Source of the DNA: an uncultured Bacillota bacterium
Lineage (GTDB): Bacteria > Bacillota_I > Bacilli_A > RF39 > UBA660
Reading direction: 5' to 3'
Length of the DNA stretch: 53,819 nucleotides
NCBI GenBank assembly: GCA_947165005.1
Contig: CAMUYN010000001.1
Span: 67,963-121,781 of the forward strand
The notes beneath the pieces were generated by a model that was not told the origin of the DNA, made no database searches, and worked only from the letters and a program-made list of their open reading frames with translations. The stretch's first letter is position 1. Every line of letters starts with the position of its first letter. The position numbers and the translations under genes are program-made. This document shows positions 9,314 through 18,749 of the stretch, piece by piece.

Positions 9314-10525
9314 ATGTTTAAAGATTATCACAAATATTTGAAGGCAAGTTTGAAAGTGTATCTTTTTGTATTAATTATTATATTTATACTTAAGATAGTT
9401 GGATTTGATTATTTTGGCATAGATGTAAATAATTCAACACTTATAAATATAGATAAATTTTTAGGAAAATATCATTTAAAAGAAGTATGGTATTTTATCA
9501 CATTGTTCTTACAATTATATTTTTATCTATGTTTAGTTTGTAAAAGAAAAGATTTATATCTATATACATTAATCGGTTCAATTATTAATCTAATTGTTCA
9601 GTATGCTTTAACTTATTTTCTTCAAGCGGATTGGTATTATCAAATATTTAGTATGTTATTAACATTAATATTACCAATGATTATTAATAAGAAGATTTGC
9701 TTTAAGAGACAAATATTATTTATTGTTTTAATTAATGCATATCAATTAATATCTTTATTTATAAGAAATGTTGGCATTAATTCAAATTATAGTAATTTCA
9801 TCGTAGATAGTATATTGAACTTAGATCAGTTGTTATTGCTTGGAATAACATTCAAAATCTATTTTATGAAAGGAGAGATACAATGTTTACAGGAAGTTGG
9901 TTCTTCTTCGCTAAAGAAGATAAGCTTAAAGAAATCGCTTCAAAAATTGCAAAAAAACTTTCAAGATAATTTAGAAGCATTTAAAAGCAAGAGTAAAGAA
10001 GAAAAATTAACCATTATTATTTTTTCTATTCTTAGTTTAATATGGAATTGTTTAACACTTGTAGTAGTATTTATTATTGCAATGATAAATGATTCAGTAA
10101 TTGAGTGTATTTTCATAATTAGTTCTTTTTGGTTATCAAAAAGATTGTTTGGTAAACCATTTCATTTTCATAGTATGATTATATGTTTTATAGTATCAAA
10201 TTTAACTTATTATGTTTTAAATAGAATAACTACACCGCTTGGTATTAGTATATTTATTCCAATATTGTTAGGAGTAGGTTTATCTTATATTACATCTAAA
10301 TTTGTTAAGAAAACATATAAACCTCTACATAGAGGTATGTCTAAAGAATTATTTGAAGAAACAATATTACAAGTTGTTGATAAAGATAGTGAGAAATATA
10401 ATATTTGTTATGATTTTTATATAGAAAAGAAAAGTGATTTAGCATTATCTTATAAATATAATTATTCAGTATCAGGTATTAGGAAAATTAAAGATAGAAT
10501 TAATGATAAAATAAAAAGACTTTAA
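9314..10525 (+). CDS. Polytopic membrane protein with C-terminal cytoplasmic HTH-like (sigma-70 region 4-like) tail
   Basis: 403 aa. Two blocks of TM helices separated by a basic linker. The last ~65 aa (SKELFEETILQVV...SDLALSYKYNYSVSGIRKIKDRINDKIKRL) resemble an HTH. Function unknown. Confidence 0.5.
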   Translation: MFKDYHKYLKASLKVYLFVLIIIFILKIVGFDYFGIDVNNSTLINIDKFLGKYHLKEVWYFITLFLQLYFYLCLVCKRKDLYLYTLIGSIINLIVQYALTYFLQADWYYQIFSMLLTLILPMIINKKICFKRQILFIVLINAYQLISLFIRNVGINSNYSNFIVDSILNLDQLLLLGITFKIYFMKGEIQCLQEVGSSSLKKISLKKSLQKLQKNFQDNLEAFKSKSKEEKLTIIIFSILSLIWNCLTLVVVFIIAMINDSVIECIFIISSFWLSKRLFGKPFHFHSMIICFIVSNLTYYVLNRITTPLGISIFIPILLGVGLSYITSKFVKKTYKPLHRGMSKELFEETILQVVDKDSEKYNICYDFYIEKKSDLALSYKYNYSVSGIRKIKDRINDKIKRL

Positions 10526-10616
10526 AAAGGTCTTTTTTTCTTTATTAGTGTTATTTTGTATTACTTTAAAAATGTATTATTTTCTATGACACTAAAAAAA
10601 GAGAGGATGATTTTTT

Positions 10617-11510
10617 ATGACATTTATTAATATTACTTTATTTATTACCATTATTTTAGAAATACTAATTATTTTTTATTATTTCTTTATTAGTGAGTTA
10701 AAACGTAATATCAAAATATTATTATTAACAAATTTAATTATTATTATAATTTCTATTCTTAGGTATATTGAAAATAATATGTTTGAAAACATTATGGATA
10801 TATATAGTTTTCTTGTTCTTATGACTTCATTATTATCCATTATTATATTGAAACTTGTATATTATATTCATATATTAAGTAATAAGAATAATAAATTATT
10901 AAAATGCATTGTTGAGTATGAAAACACAATTGATGAACAGGGAAAAAGAAATCATGAATATAATAATCAATTATTAGTTTTAAAAGGATATATTAATAAT
11001 AAAGATAGGTTAAAAGATTATTTAAATATAATTATTGATGATCAAAATAAAAACCAGAACTATAGAATAAGACAATTATCAAATTTTCCAAATGGTGGAT
11101 TAAAAGAATTACTTTATTATAAAATATGTGAAATAAAAGATAAGAAGATTAAATATTATTTATATTGTTCCACTGATATAAGTAAATATATGGAAAAGTT
11201 AAGTGTTCGTTTTTATAATAGTATTACAAAAATATTTGGGGTTTTAATAGATAATGCAATTGACGGAGCGTTAGAGGCAAAAGAAAAAGAGGTTATATTA
11301 GATTTTAATAAAGATGATAAATATATAGTTATTACAATTTCTAATACATATAATAATATAAATAAAAAATGCATTTCTTCAAAAGGTAAAGGTCATGGGT
11401 TTGGTTTAAAACTCGTAAAAGAAATAATTAATAAAAATAAAGGTTTAGAATTATTGACTGAATATAATGATAAATATTTTGTGCAAACTTTGTTAATTAA
11501 AATTGAGTGA
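10617..11510 (+). CDS. AgrC-like (HPK10, GHKL) sensor histidine kinase, orphan
   Basis: 297 aa. About 3 N-terminal TM helices; H-box RNHEYNNQL, N-box LIDNAIDGA, G-box GHGFGLKLV. No response regulator adjacent. Confidence 0.7.
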   Translation: MTFINITLFITIILEILIIFYYFFISELKRNIKILLLTNLIIIIISILRYIENNMFENIMDIYSFLVLMTSLLSIIILKLVYYIHILSNKNNKLLKCIVEYENTIDEQGKRNHEYNNQLLVLKGYINNKDRLKDYLNIIIDDQNKNQNYRIRQLSNFPNGGLKELLYYKICEIKDKKIKYYLYCSTDISKYMEKLSVRFYNSITKIFGVLIDNAIDGALEAKEKEVILDFNKDDKYIVITISNTYNNINKKCISSKGKGHGFGLKLVKEIINKNKGLELLTEYNDKYFVQTLLIKIE

Positions 11511-11601
11511 AAAATATGTCGAATTTTTTGGTACGAAAAAAATAAAAAAGTTATAAATAATGAGTTATTATTAGATAGACATCAAGAAGGAGGAATAAAA
11601 T

Positions 11602-11817
11602 ATGTCAAAAGGAATAATAAAGTGGTTTAATAATGAAAAAGGGTATGGTTTTATTAATGGGAAGGAAGATATATTTGTTCATTATACATCTATAAAAATA
11701 GATGGATATAGAACTTTATCTGAAGGAGAAGAGGTTGAATATAAGCTTATAAAAACAGATAAAGGTTTACAAGCAATTGACGTAAAACCGGTAAAAGAAC
11801 TTTCTCCAGTTATTTAA
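11602..11817 (+). CDS. Cold-shock protein (CspA family)
   Basis: 71 aa. GIIKWFNNEKGYGFI (RNP1) and DIFVHY (RNP2). RBS aaggagg. Confidence 0.92.
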   Translation: MSKGIIKWFNNEKGYGFINGKEDIFVHYTSIKIDGYRTLSEGEEVEYKLIKTDKGLQAIDVKPVKELSPVI

Positions 11818-11849
11818 ATATAGTATAATATATTAAAGGAGATGGTTAA

Positions 11850-12365
11850 ATGAAATATATAATTCATGGCGATAATACTGGATCTATTAAGGATTATATA
11901 GAATCTAAACTTGCTAGGTTAGATAAGTATTTTAATAATGCTGACATTACTGCAACTATTGTTACAAAAAAAGAAGGAAGAAAACAAAAAATCGAGGTAA
12001 CAATACCTACAAGTTCATTTACACTTAGAAATGAAGTGTTTGATGATGATTTATATGCTGCTATTGATAGTGTAGTAGATAAATTAGAAAGACAAATTAG
12101 AAAGAATAAAGATAAAATAAATAAAAGAAATAATAAAACTTTAATTGAGGATTTCGAAACTACTTTAGAAGATGAATTTTATGATGAAGAAAAAGTAGTA
12201 AAAAGAAAGAAAGTAGAGTTAAAACCAATTGATGAAGAAGAAGCAATTTTAGAAATGGAACTTCTTGGTCATACATTCTTTGTATATAGAGATGTTGATA
12301 CTGATAATATATGTGTACTATACAAAAGAAGAAATGGTAACTACGGTATTATTGAAACTAAATAG
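11850..12365 (+). CDS. hpf: Ribosome hibernation promoting factor, long form
   Basis: 171 aa. YfiA/HPF N-domain (..KLARLDKYF....EVTI..) and C-terminal dimerisation domain (KPIDEEEAILEMELLGHTFFVY...VLYKRRNGNYGIIE). Confidence 0.9.
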   Translation: MKYIIHGDNTGSIKDYIESKLARLDKYFNNADITATIVTKKEGRKQKIEVTIPTSSFTLRNEVFDDDLYAAIDSVVDKLERQIRKNKDKINKRNNKTLIEDFETTLEDEFYDEEKVVKRKKVELKPIDEEEAILEMELLGHTFFVYRDVDTDNICVLYKRRNGNYGIIETK

Positions 12366-12387
12366 TCTAGATTTTCTAGACTTTTTT
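12365..12387 (+). terminator. Intrinsic terminator after hpf
   Basis: gtctaga-ttt-tctagac followed by tttttt. Confidence 0.7.
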
Positions 12388-12425
12388 CTTTGTTTAATAT
12401 ATAATAATTCTATAATGAGGTTAAT

Positions 12426-13589
12426 ATGAAAAGAATAAAAAAATTAGTATTTATTTTATTTTTTATTTTGTTATTTATACCTTTTTCAGTAAGTGCTGAT
12501 CCTAAAGCAACATGTTCTGATGTGCAAGATGCAGTTAATGATTTAGAAACATTAAATGATGCATATACACAATTAGATTGTGATAATGCTACTGATGATA
12601 AATTAATGACTAAATGTAATATTATTAAAGTAAATAAAACAAATGCATTAGAAAGGATATTTCAATATAATGAAGATAAGGTATGTCCTTCAATAGATTT
12701 ATCTGCTATTATCAGTGCTAATGAGGATAACTGTTCTAATGAATTTGGTTCAAAATTAAAAGAGTATTCTGATTTAGTAATGAATTTCTTTTATATAAGT
12801 GCTCCGTTTATATTAATAATATTTGGTAGTTTAGATTTCTTTAAAATATTAACTGGATCTAATCCTGAAGAAAATAAGAAACATAGAAATAATTTCTTTA
12901 AAAGATTAGCAGCATTTTTATTATTATATTTGACTCCTTTTATAGTTAGAAGTTTATTCTCTTTAACACCATATAGTTTAGATGGTAGCTATATTTGCTA
13001 TGAAGAAATAGATTTAATGCCTAAAATTACATCAGGAGAAGTAAGTGGCACATATGGTGGATATAATTACGGAAGCGGAGGAATGGCAATAGCAGAAGCT
13101 GCAAAAGAAAATGCGGAATTTGCGAAAAATCATGGTTTTACATATGGATGTATGTCGACAGTAAAAAATGCTTATACCACAAAAAATTCTGCAAAACAAG
13201 TTTGTTGTGCTACACTAGTAAGCGCATCTTTGTATAACGCAAAAATATATGATGAATCAGAATTAAAGCAAGATTTTATTCATAGTGCTCCAGGTATGAC
13301 TACATTTTTGCTAAGAAAAGGATGGTCTTTTATTCAAACTACAAATGACAAAGATTTATTACCTGGGGATGTACTTATATATGAATGTTATGATAAATGT
13401 AATACCGTAACACCTCCACCAGTAATTAACGGGAAAACAGTACATATTGGGCATGTTGCAGTATATGCAGGTGATGGTAAACAATATGACCATGGCACAT
13501 CAAATTGGATAAAAATGGGGGCAGTAAATTTTTGGACTAAGGGTAGTACAAAGCATTTATATGGTGCACTAAGATATAATGGAAGCTAG
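12426..13589 (+). CDS. Secreted/membrane protein with C-terminal NlpC/P60- or CHAP-like cysteine peptidase domain
   Basis: Signal peptide (..PFSVSA/DPK), Cys-rich segment, two-helix hydrophobic hairpin, then CCATLVSASLY...GDVLIYE...HIGHVAVYAGDGKQYDHG. Confidence 0.6.
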   Translation: MKRIKKLVFILFFILLFIPFSVSADPKATCSDVQDAVNDLETLNDAYTQLDCDNATDDKLMTKCNIIKVNKTNALERIFQYNEDKVCPSIDLSAIISANEDNCSNEFGSKLKEYSDLVMNFFYISAPFILIIFGSLDFFKILTGSNPEENKKHRNNFFKRLAAFLLLYLTPFIVRSLFSLTPYSLDGSYICYEEIDLMPKITSGEVSGTYGGYNYGSGGMAIAEAAKENAEFAKNHGFTYGCMSTVKNAYTTKNSAKQVCCATLVSASLYNAKIYDESELKQDFIHSAPGMTTFLLRKGWSFIQTTNDKDLLPGDVLIYECYDKCNTVTPPPVINGKTVHIGHVAVYAGDGKQYDHGTSNWIKMGAVNFWTKGSTKHLYGALRYNGS

Positions 13590-13600
13590 TGAGGTAAAAT

Positions 13601-14380
13601 ATGATAAAGAATAAAAAAACAATTTTCATATTATTAATTTCATTAATTATGTTTTATTTAATTATTAGTATTATTCTTTTTGTTCCAAAGGGTAAAAAAT
13701 ATAATCGTACTGTATTTCTTGGAAGCAGTACAAAAGTATATATTAAAGACAAAAAAATATCTATTTATAATGAAGATAAAAAAATAAGAAAGCAAAAAAC
13801 AAAAATTTATTTTAGAGATGAGTTTATAGATGGATATCTGGTTTCTGATGCTGATTCTTCTACAGGTGTTGAAAACAATTATTTTGCACATACAGATAAT
13901 GGAGACCTTCTTTCATTTAATAATTGTTTAATTGCTCATACTAAAGATATATCAATAAAAATAAAACCTAATAATAGGATTGATAGTAGTGATTTAGAAG
14001 ATGTATACAAATTTGCAAGTTCTAATAGCATTATTCTTTCATCTAATGTAGAACTTAGTTATCTTTATATTAATAATATAGATATAGATGATGATGGCAA
14101 TGATGAATATATATATTCAGTTGGTCTAATTGATGATGAAGATGAGTATAAGAGCTTTGTATTTATGAAAAGAGATAATAAATATATACTTGTTGCTAGA
14201 GAAGAAAGCGAGAATAGTGGTGTTAATAGCATTAGCTTAGTATTTAATAATTTGATTGATTTTAATAATGATGATGATTATGAATTTGTGGTTGGAAAAT
14301 TCATGAGTGAATATGGCCCTGATTATTATGAATTATATAATTTTGATGGTGATGAATTTACTAATATAGGGGGAGAATAA
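13601..14380 (+). CDS. Membrane-anchored protein with acidic Ca-binding-like (FG-GAP/VCBS-like) repeats
   Basis: N-terminal TM. DIDDDGNDEYIYSVG and DFNNDDDYEFVVGKF motifs. Starts 11 nt after the upstream stop. Confidence 0.5.
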   Translation: MIKNKKTIFILLISLIMFYLIISIILFVPKGKKYNRTVFLGSSTKVYIKDKKISIYNEDKKIRKQKTKIYFRDEFIDGYLVSDADSSTGVENNYFAHTDNGDLLSFNNCLIAHTKDISIKIKPNNRIDSSDLEDVYKFASSNSIILSSNVELSYLYINNIDIDDDGNDEYIYSVGLIDDEDEYKSFVFMKRDNKYILVAREESENSGVNSISLVFNNLIDFNNDDDYEFVVGKFMSEYGPDYYELYNFDGDEFTNIGGE

Positions 14381-14381
14381 T

Positions 14382-15251
14382 ATGTGCGATAGAAATTCTG
14401 TTCGAGTTATTTTCTTAATATTAAAAATATTTATCTTAGTAGTTATACCAGTTCTTTTATACTTTTTATATAAAAGGGGACATAAGTTATTTAATGTAGT
14501 TTGCTTTCTCAATATATTTTTTGTAGTTATATTAATTATTTTAAAATTAGCAGGTAATGGATGCGTTAATAATTCTAGTTTTTTATATTTAAAAAATAAT
14601 ACTCAGACTAAGGTAATTAGTGAAAATCCAGATACTTATTATGAAGCAGTTTATTCTAATGAACAATATACTAAAAGGGATAATGAAAAAACATACTATT
14701 ATAGTTTAAATTATAAACCACTTAAAAATGTTCTATTAACATGTGATACAAAAAGTTATATGAATAATTATGGAGATAGTATAACTGGTATTATTACATT
14801 AATAGCAGATTATTATGGTATTGATATTAATGAAATGGATGCAATTACATATTTAGATGATAACAAAATGATTGATTGCGATAATGGATTTGATTTTGAT
14901 ACAGTTTTTAATAAACTAGGTGATAGATATTCTTATAGAAAAATAGGTATATCTGGTTCAGAAATAGATGAATATTTATCTGATGGAAAAAGTATATTAG
15001 TAGAAACAACAAATAAATATGATGAAGATAATAATTTTGGATGTGAAAAAGATTATATAGTTATATATAATAAAAATAATGATAATTTTTATAGTATTAT
15101 TAATCCGAATGATCATTATGAATCTTATTTTTGCCCAAGTAATACTATTGGTTATGGTAGTATAATTGATGGAGATCAAAATAGTAAAGTATATTCATTT
15201 GATGAAATCAATAGTAAGGCTTTAAGATATTTTGTAATTGAGGTGAAATAA
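14382..15251 (+). CDS. Membrane-anchored hypothetical protein
   Basis: Two N-terminal TM helices and a globular C-domain with no clear motif. Starts 1 nt after the upstream stop. Confidence 0.5.
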   Translation: MCDRNSVRVIFLILKIFILVVIPVLLYFLYKRGHKLFNVVCFLNIFFVVILIILKLAGNGCVNNSSFLYLKNNTQTKVISENPDTYYEAVYSNEQYTKRDNEKTYYYSLNYKPLKNVLLTCDTKSYMNNYGDSITGIITLIADYYGIDINEMDAITYLDDNKMIDCDNGFDFDTVFNKLGDRYSYRKIGISGSEIDEYLSDGKSILVETTNKYDEDNNFGCEKDYIVIYNKNNDNFYSIINPNDHYESYFCPSNTIGYGSIIDGDQNSKVYSFDEINSKALRYFVIEVK

Positions 15252-15898
15252 TGAAAAGATATAAGTTTATTTTACTAATACTATTTATATTATTGTTTTC
15301 TGGGTGTTCTGGGAATTATAATTTAACTTTTAATAAAGACTTAACTGTTAATGAAGAATTAAAAATATCTATTGATAATGAAAGAGATAATTATGAAAGA
15401 ACACACAAATTATTTGAGAAGGCAGAAATTGATCCGGATAAATATCAGATAGTTATTGATAAGAGTAAGGTTAACATTAATTATAAAGAAAAGTATTCTA
15501 ATTTTTCGGATTATTACTTAAATAGTAAATTATATAAAGTAATATTTGATAATGTTGATTTTAAAAGGGATAATACTGGAATTAGTATTAATGCGGAAAA
15601 CAATTTCAAATTAGATGATAAGGATAATCAAAATATTATTAATTCTTATGATATAAGTAAATTAAATATTAATATAACTACACCATTTACTGTTAATAAC
15701 AGTAATGCAGATACTATAAAGAATAATACTTATACATGGGTTATTAGAAAAAGTGATACTTATAAGAATATTAGTTTTGATTATTCTTATAAAAACGATA
15801 ATGTATCTAATATATTATTAATTGTTTTGATGGGATTAATTTTTGTGGGTATTATCATTTACTTAATAATATATTTTATTAAGAATCAAAGAGTATAA
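15251..15898 (+). CDS. Lipoprotein with C-terminal TM anchor, unknown function
   Basis: Lipobox LLFSGCSG, C-terminal helix ILLIVLMGLIFVGIIIYLIIYF. ATG overlaps the upstream stop (TAATG). Confidence 0.55.
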   Translation: MKRYKFILLILFILLFSGCSGNYNLTFNKDLTVNEELKISIDNERDNYERTHKLFEKAEIDPDKYQIVIDKSKVNINYKEKYSNFSDYYLNSKLYKVIFDNVDFKRDNTGISINAENNFKLDDKDNQNIINSYDISKLNINITTPFTVNNSNADTIKNNTYTWVIRKSDTYKNISFDYSYKNDNVSNILLIVLMGLIFVGIIIYLIIYFIKNQRV

Positions 15899-15925
15899 CA
15901 TTGATTTAATATCAATGTTTTTTTA
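15898..15925 (+). terminator. Intrinsic terminator
   Basis: acattgat-ttaat-atcaatgt followed by ttttttt. Confidence 0.7.
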
Positions 15926-15974
15926 TTGTTTTAAGGCTTGTAATTTGGTATAATTATTATTGGAGCGTGATAAG

Positions 15975-18470
15975 ATGAGCATATTTAAAAGATTATTTGA
16001 TTATCAATATAAAGAAATGAAAAAATTTACTGCGTTAGCAGATCAAATAGAATCTAAAAAAGAAGAATATGAAAAATTAAGTGATACAGAACTACAAGAA
16101 AAAACTGAAGAATTTAAGAAGGCATTAGAGAAAGGTAAAACACTAGATGATATATTAGTAGATGCTTATGCTACTGCAAGAGAAGCTGCTAAAAGAGTTA
16201 TTGGAGAATATCCTTTTTACGTACAGTTATTAGGCGCTATAGCCATTCATTATGGAAATATAGCAGAGATGAAAACTGGTGAAGGTAAAACATTAACATC
16301 TGTTATGCCAGCATATTTAAATGCATTAACTGGTAAGGGTGTTCATATTGTTACAGTTAACGAATATCTAGCATCAAGAGATGCTAACTGGATGGGTCAA
16401 ATATTTAAATTCTTAGGTTTAACAGTTGGTATTAATGGAAGAGATTTATCTCCAGAGGAAAAGAAAGAAGCGTATAATTCAGATATTTTATATTCTACTA
16501 ACAATGAAATTGGTTTTGACTACTTAAGAGATAACATGGTAGTTAGAAAAGAAGAAAGAGTACAAAGAGGATTAAACTTTGCTATTGTCGATGAAGTAGA
16601 CTCAGTACTTATTGATGAAGCTAGAACACCACTTATTATTTCTGGTGGATCTATGCATACATCTAATCAATATATAGATGCACAAAGATTTGTAGAAAAA
16701 TTAAAAGAAAATGAAGATTTCAATATAGATGAAAAAACTCAAAGTATTAGTTTAACTGATGAGGGAAGTAAAAAATGCGAATCATTTTATCATATTGATA
16801 ATATGTATGATGTTAAATATTCTGCATTAGTACATCATGTTAATCAAGCATTAAGAGCTAACTTTATAATGCACAATGAAGTAGATTACATTGTACAAAA
16901 CGGTGAAGTAGTAATAGTAGACCAATTTACTGGACGTTTAATGCATGGAAGACAATTTTCTGAAGGACTTCATCAAGCATTAGAAGCAAAAGAAAGAGTT
17001 CAAATTAATGAAGAAACAAAGACTCTTGCTACTATTACATTCCAAAATTTATTTAGAATGTATAATAAACTTGCTGGTATGACTGGTACTGCTAAAACTG
17101 AAGAGGAAGAATTTAGAGATATTTATAACATGTATGTTATAGAAATACCTACTAATAAACCAGTAATAAGAGAAGATATGGCAGATTTAATATATGCTAC
17201 TAAGAAAGATAAATATGCTGCTATTATTAATGAAATTAAAGAGAGACATGCAACAGGACAACCAATACTAGTTGGTACAATTGCAGTTGAAACTTCTGAA
17301 TTAATTAGTAATATGCTTACTAAGGAACATATTAAACACGAAGTATTAAATGCTAAGAACCATGAAAGAGAAGCAGAAATAATAGCAAAAGCCGGAGAAA
17401 AAGGTTCAGTAACAATAGCGACTAACATGGCTGGACGTGGAACAGATATTAAACTAGGGGAAGGTGTTAAAGAACTTGGTGGATTATGTGTTATAGGTAC
17501 TGAAAGACATGAATCAAGACGTATAGATAATCAGTTGAGAGGTCGTTCTGGAAGACAAGGCGATCCAGGATATTCCCAATTCTTTGTATCATTTGAAGAT
17601 GATTTAATGGTTAGATTTGGTACTGATAGATTTAAAGAATTAATGCAATCTGCAGGGCTTGGAACAACTGTTACTTTAAGAAGTAAGACAATGACTAGAA
17701 ATGTTGAATCAGCTCAAAAAAAGGTTGAAGGAAACAACTATGATATAAGAAAAAACTTATTACAATATGATGATGTAATGGGTAAACAAAGAGAAATAAT
17801 GTATGCAAGAAGAAATGAAATTCTTGATAGGGAATCTATTCATGATACTATTATAAAATTAATAAAAGAACATATTGATGAAATAGTAACAGGACATACA
17901 ATATATCAAAAAGATTTAACAGAACAAGACTGTTCAGAAATCTGTGAATATATGAATGAAAATCTATTATCTAAGTCATTTATAAAAGTATCAGAAATAA
18001 TAAATGAACCAGTAGAAAAAGTAATTAAATATATAACAGATGTAGTTATAACTGAATATAATAATAAAATAAGTGAATTACCAGAAGAAATAATTAATGA
18101 TTTCGAAAAAGTAATAGCACTTAGAGTTATAGATACTCACTGGATGGAACATATAAATACTATGGATCATCTAAAAGAAGGAATTGGTCTTAGAAGTTAT
18201 GCTCAAGCGGATCCTTTAGTAGCGTATACTAAAGAAGGATTTGATTTATTTGATCAAATGCTATCGGTTATTAATAAAGAAACAACTATTTATTTATTAA
18301 AAGCAGAAATTAAACAAAACTTAGAAAGAAAGCAAGTTGAAAAGCCAACTGGGGACAATAGTTCTGATAAAACCTCTACTAGAACTCCAAGAAAAGTCAA
18401 AAAAGTTGGTAGAAATGACCCATGTCCATGTGGCTCAGGACGCAAATATAAACAATGTTGTGGTAAATAA
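15975..18470 (+). CDS. secA: Preprotein translocase ATPase SecA with C-terminal SEC-C zinc motif
   Basis: MKTGEGKTL Walker A, DEVDSVLIDEARTPLIISG, TNMAGRGTDI. Ends GRNDPCPCGSGRKYKQCCGK*. RBS ggagcg supports the ATG at 15975. Confidence 0.95.
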   Translation: MSIFKRLFDYQYKEMKKFTALADQIESKKEEYEKLSDTELQEKTEEFKKALEKGKTLDDILVDAYATAREAAKRVIGEYPFYVQLLGAIAIHYGNIAEMKTGEGKTLTSVMPAYLNALTGKGVHIVTVNEYLASRDANWMGQIFKFLGLTVGINGRDLSPEEKKEAYNSDILYSTNNEIGFDYLRDNMVVRKEERVQRGLNFAIVDEVDSVLIDEARTPLIISGGSMHTSNQYIDAQRFVEKLKENEDFNIDEKTQSISLTDEGSKKCESFYHIDNMYDVKYSALVHHVNQALRANFIMHNEVDYIVQNGEVVIVDQFTGRLMHGRQFSEGLHQALEAKERVQINEETKTLATITFQNLFRMYNKLAGMTGTAKTEEEEFRDIYNMYVIEIPTNKPVIREDMADLIYATKKDKYAAIINEIKERHATGQPILVGTIAVETSELISNMLTKEHIKHEVLNAKNHEREAEIIAKAGEKGSVTIATNMAGRGTDIKLGEGVKELGGLCVIGTERHESRRIDNQLRGRSGRQGDPGYSQFFVSFEDDLMVRFGTDRFKELMQSAGLGTTVTLRSKTMTRNVESAQKKVEGNNYDIRKNLLQYDDVMGKQREIMYARRNEILDRESIHDTIIKLIKEHIDEIVTGHTIYQKDLTEQDCSEICEYMNENLLSKSFIKVSEIINEPVEKVIKYITDVVITEYNNKISELPEEIINDFEKVIALRVIDTHWMEHINTMDHLKEGIGLRSYAQADPLVAYTKEGFDLFDQMLSVINKETTIYLLKAEIKQNLERKQVEKPTGDNSSDKTSTRTPRKVKKVGRNDPCPCGSGRKYKQCCGK

Positions 18471-18471
18471 G

Positions 18472-18509
18472 CCCGCAAACCCGCATAAAATAAGGGATTG
18501 CGGGTTTTT
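18472..18509 (+). terminator. secA intrinsic terminator
   Basis: cccgcaa(18472-18478)/ttgcggg(18498-18504), or alternatively aaacccgc/gcgggttt, followed by ttttt. Confidence 0.8.
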
Positions 18510-18553
18510 CTATGATTACAATATTTAGGTAAAAACTGACGTGTTCACTGTCC

Positions 18554-18612
18554 TAGATAAGTTTTAGATAAGTTATCAAAATCTCACAAACCCTTATAAA
18601 ATAAGGCTAAAA
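18554..18612 (+). repeat. Module A, left (truncated) copy: tandem 11-mers plus terminator remnant
   Basis: tagataagtt-t-tagataagtt (18554-18574), then atctcacaaacccttataaaataagg, which matches agctcgcaaacccgcataaaataagg of the full copy at 21971. Confidence 0.8.
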
Positions 18613-18647
18613 CATATGTTGAGACATTAATTTCAAATTAAATACAA

Positions 18648-18668
18648 AACTTATCTAAAAATTATCTA
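18648..18668 (-). repeat. Module A 11-mer pair in inverted orientation
   Basis: aacttatctaaaaattatcta equals the reverse complement of 21801-21822 apart from a 1-nt deletion. Confidence 0.8.
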
Positions 18669-18749
18669 AATTGTAATTTATTACCTAAAAGTAGTAATAT
18701 CAAAATTAATGACAAAGATTTATGGTATAATTTATATAGAAGAAAAGCG

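Noticed and set aside
12426-15898. Four-gene envelope cluster as a conjugation/T4SS remnant (hydrolase plus pilin-like hairpin)
   Set aside because: No VirB4/VirD4-type ATPase, relaxase, integrase or flanking repeats are present, and the genes have the same composition as the surrounding core genes.
18337-18528. ORF-track entries 18337-18528(+), 18290-18478(-), 21832-22023(+) and 23674-23922(-), which share peptide strings (NINNVVVNK.ANPHKIR, PQHCLY)
   Set aside because: They are off-frame or antisense readings of the repeated secA-tail/terminator DNA. They have no RBS and run through hairpin terminators. The shared peptides only reflect the nucleotide repeat.
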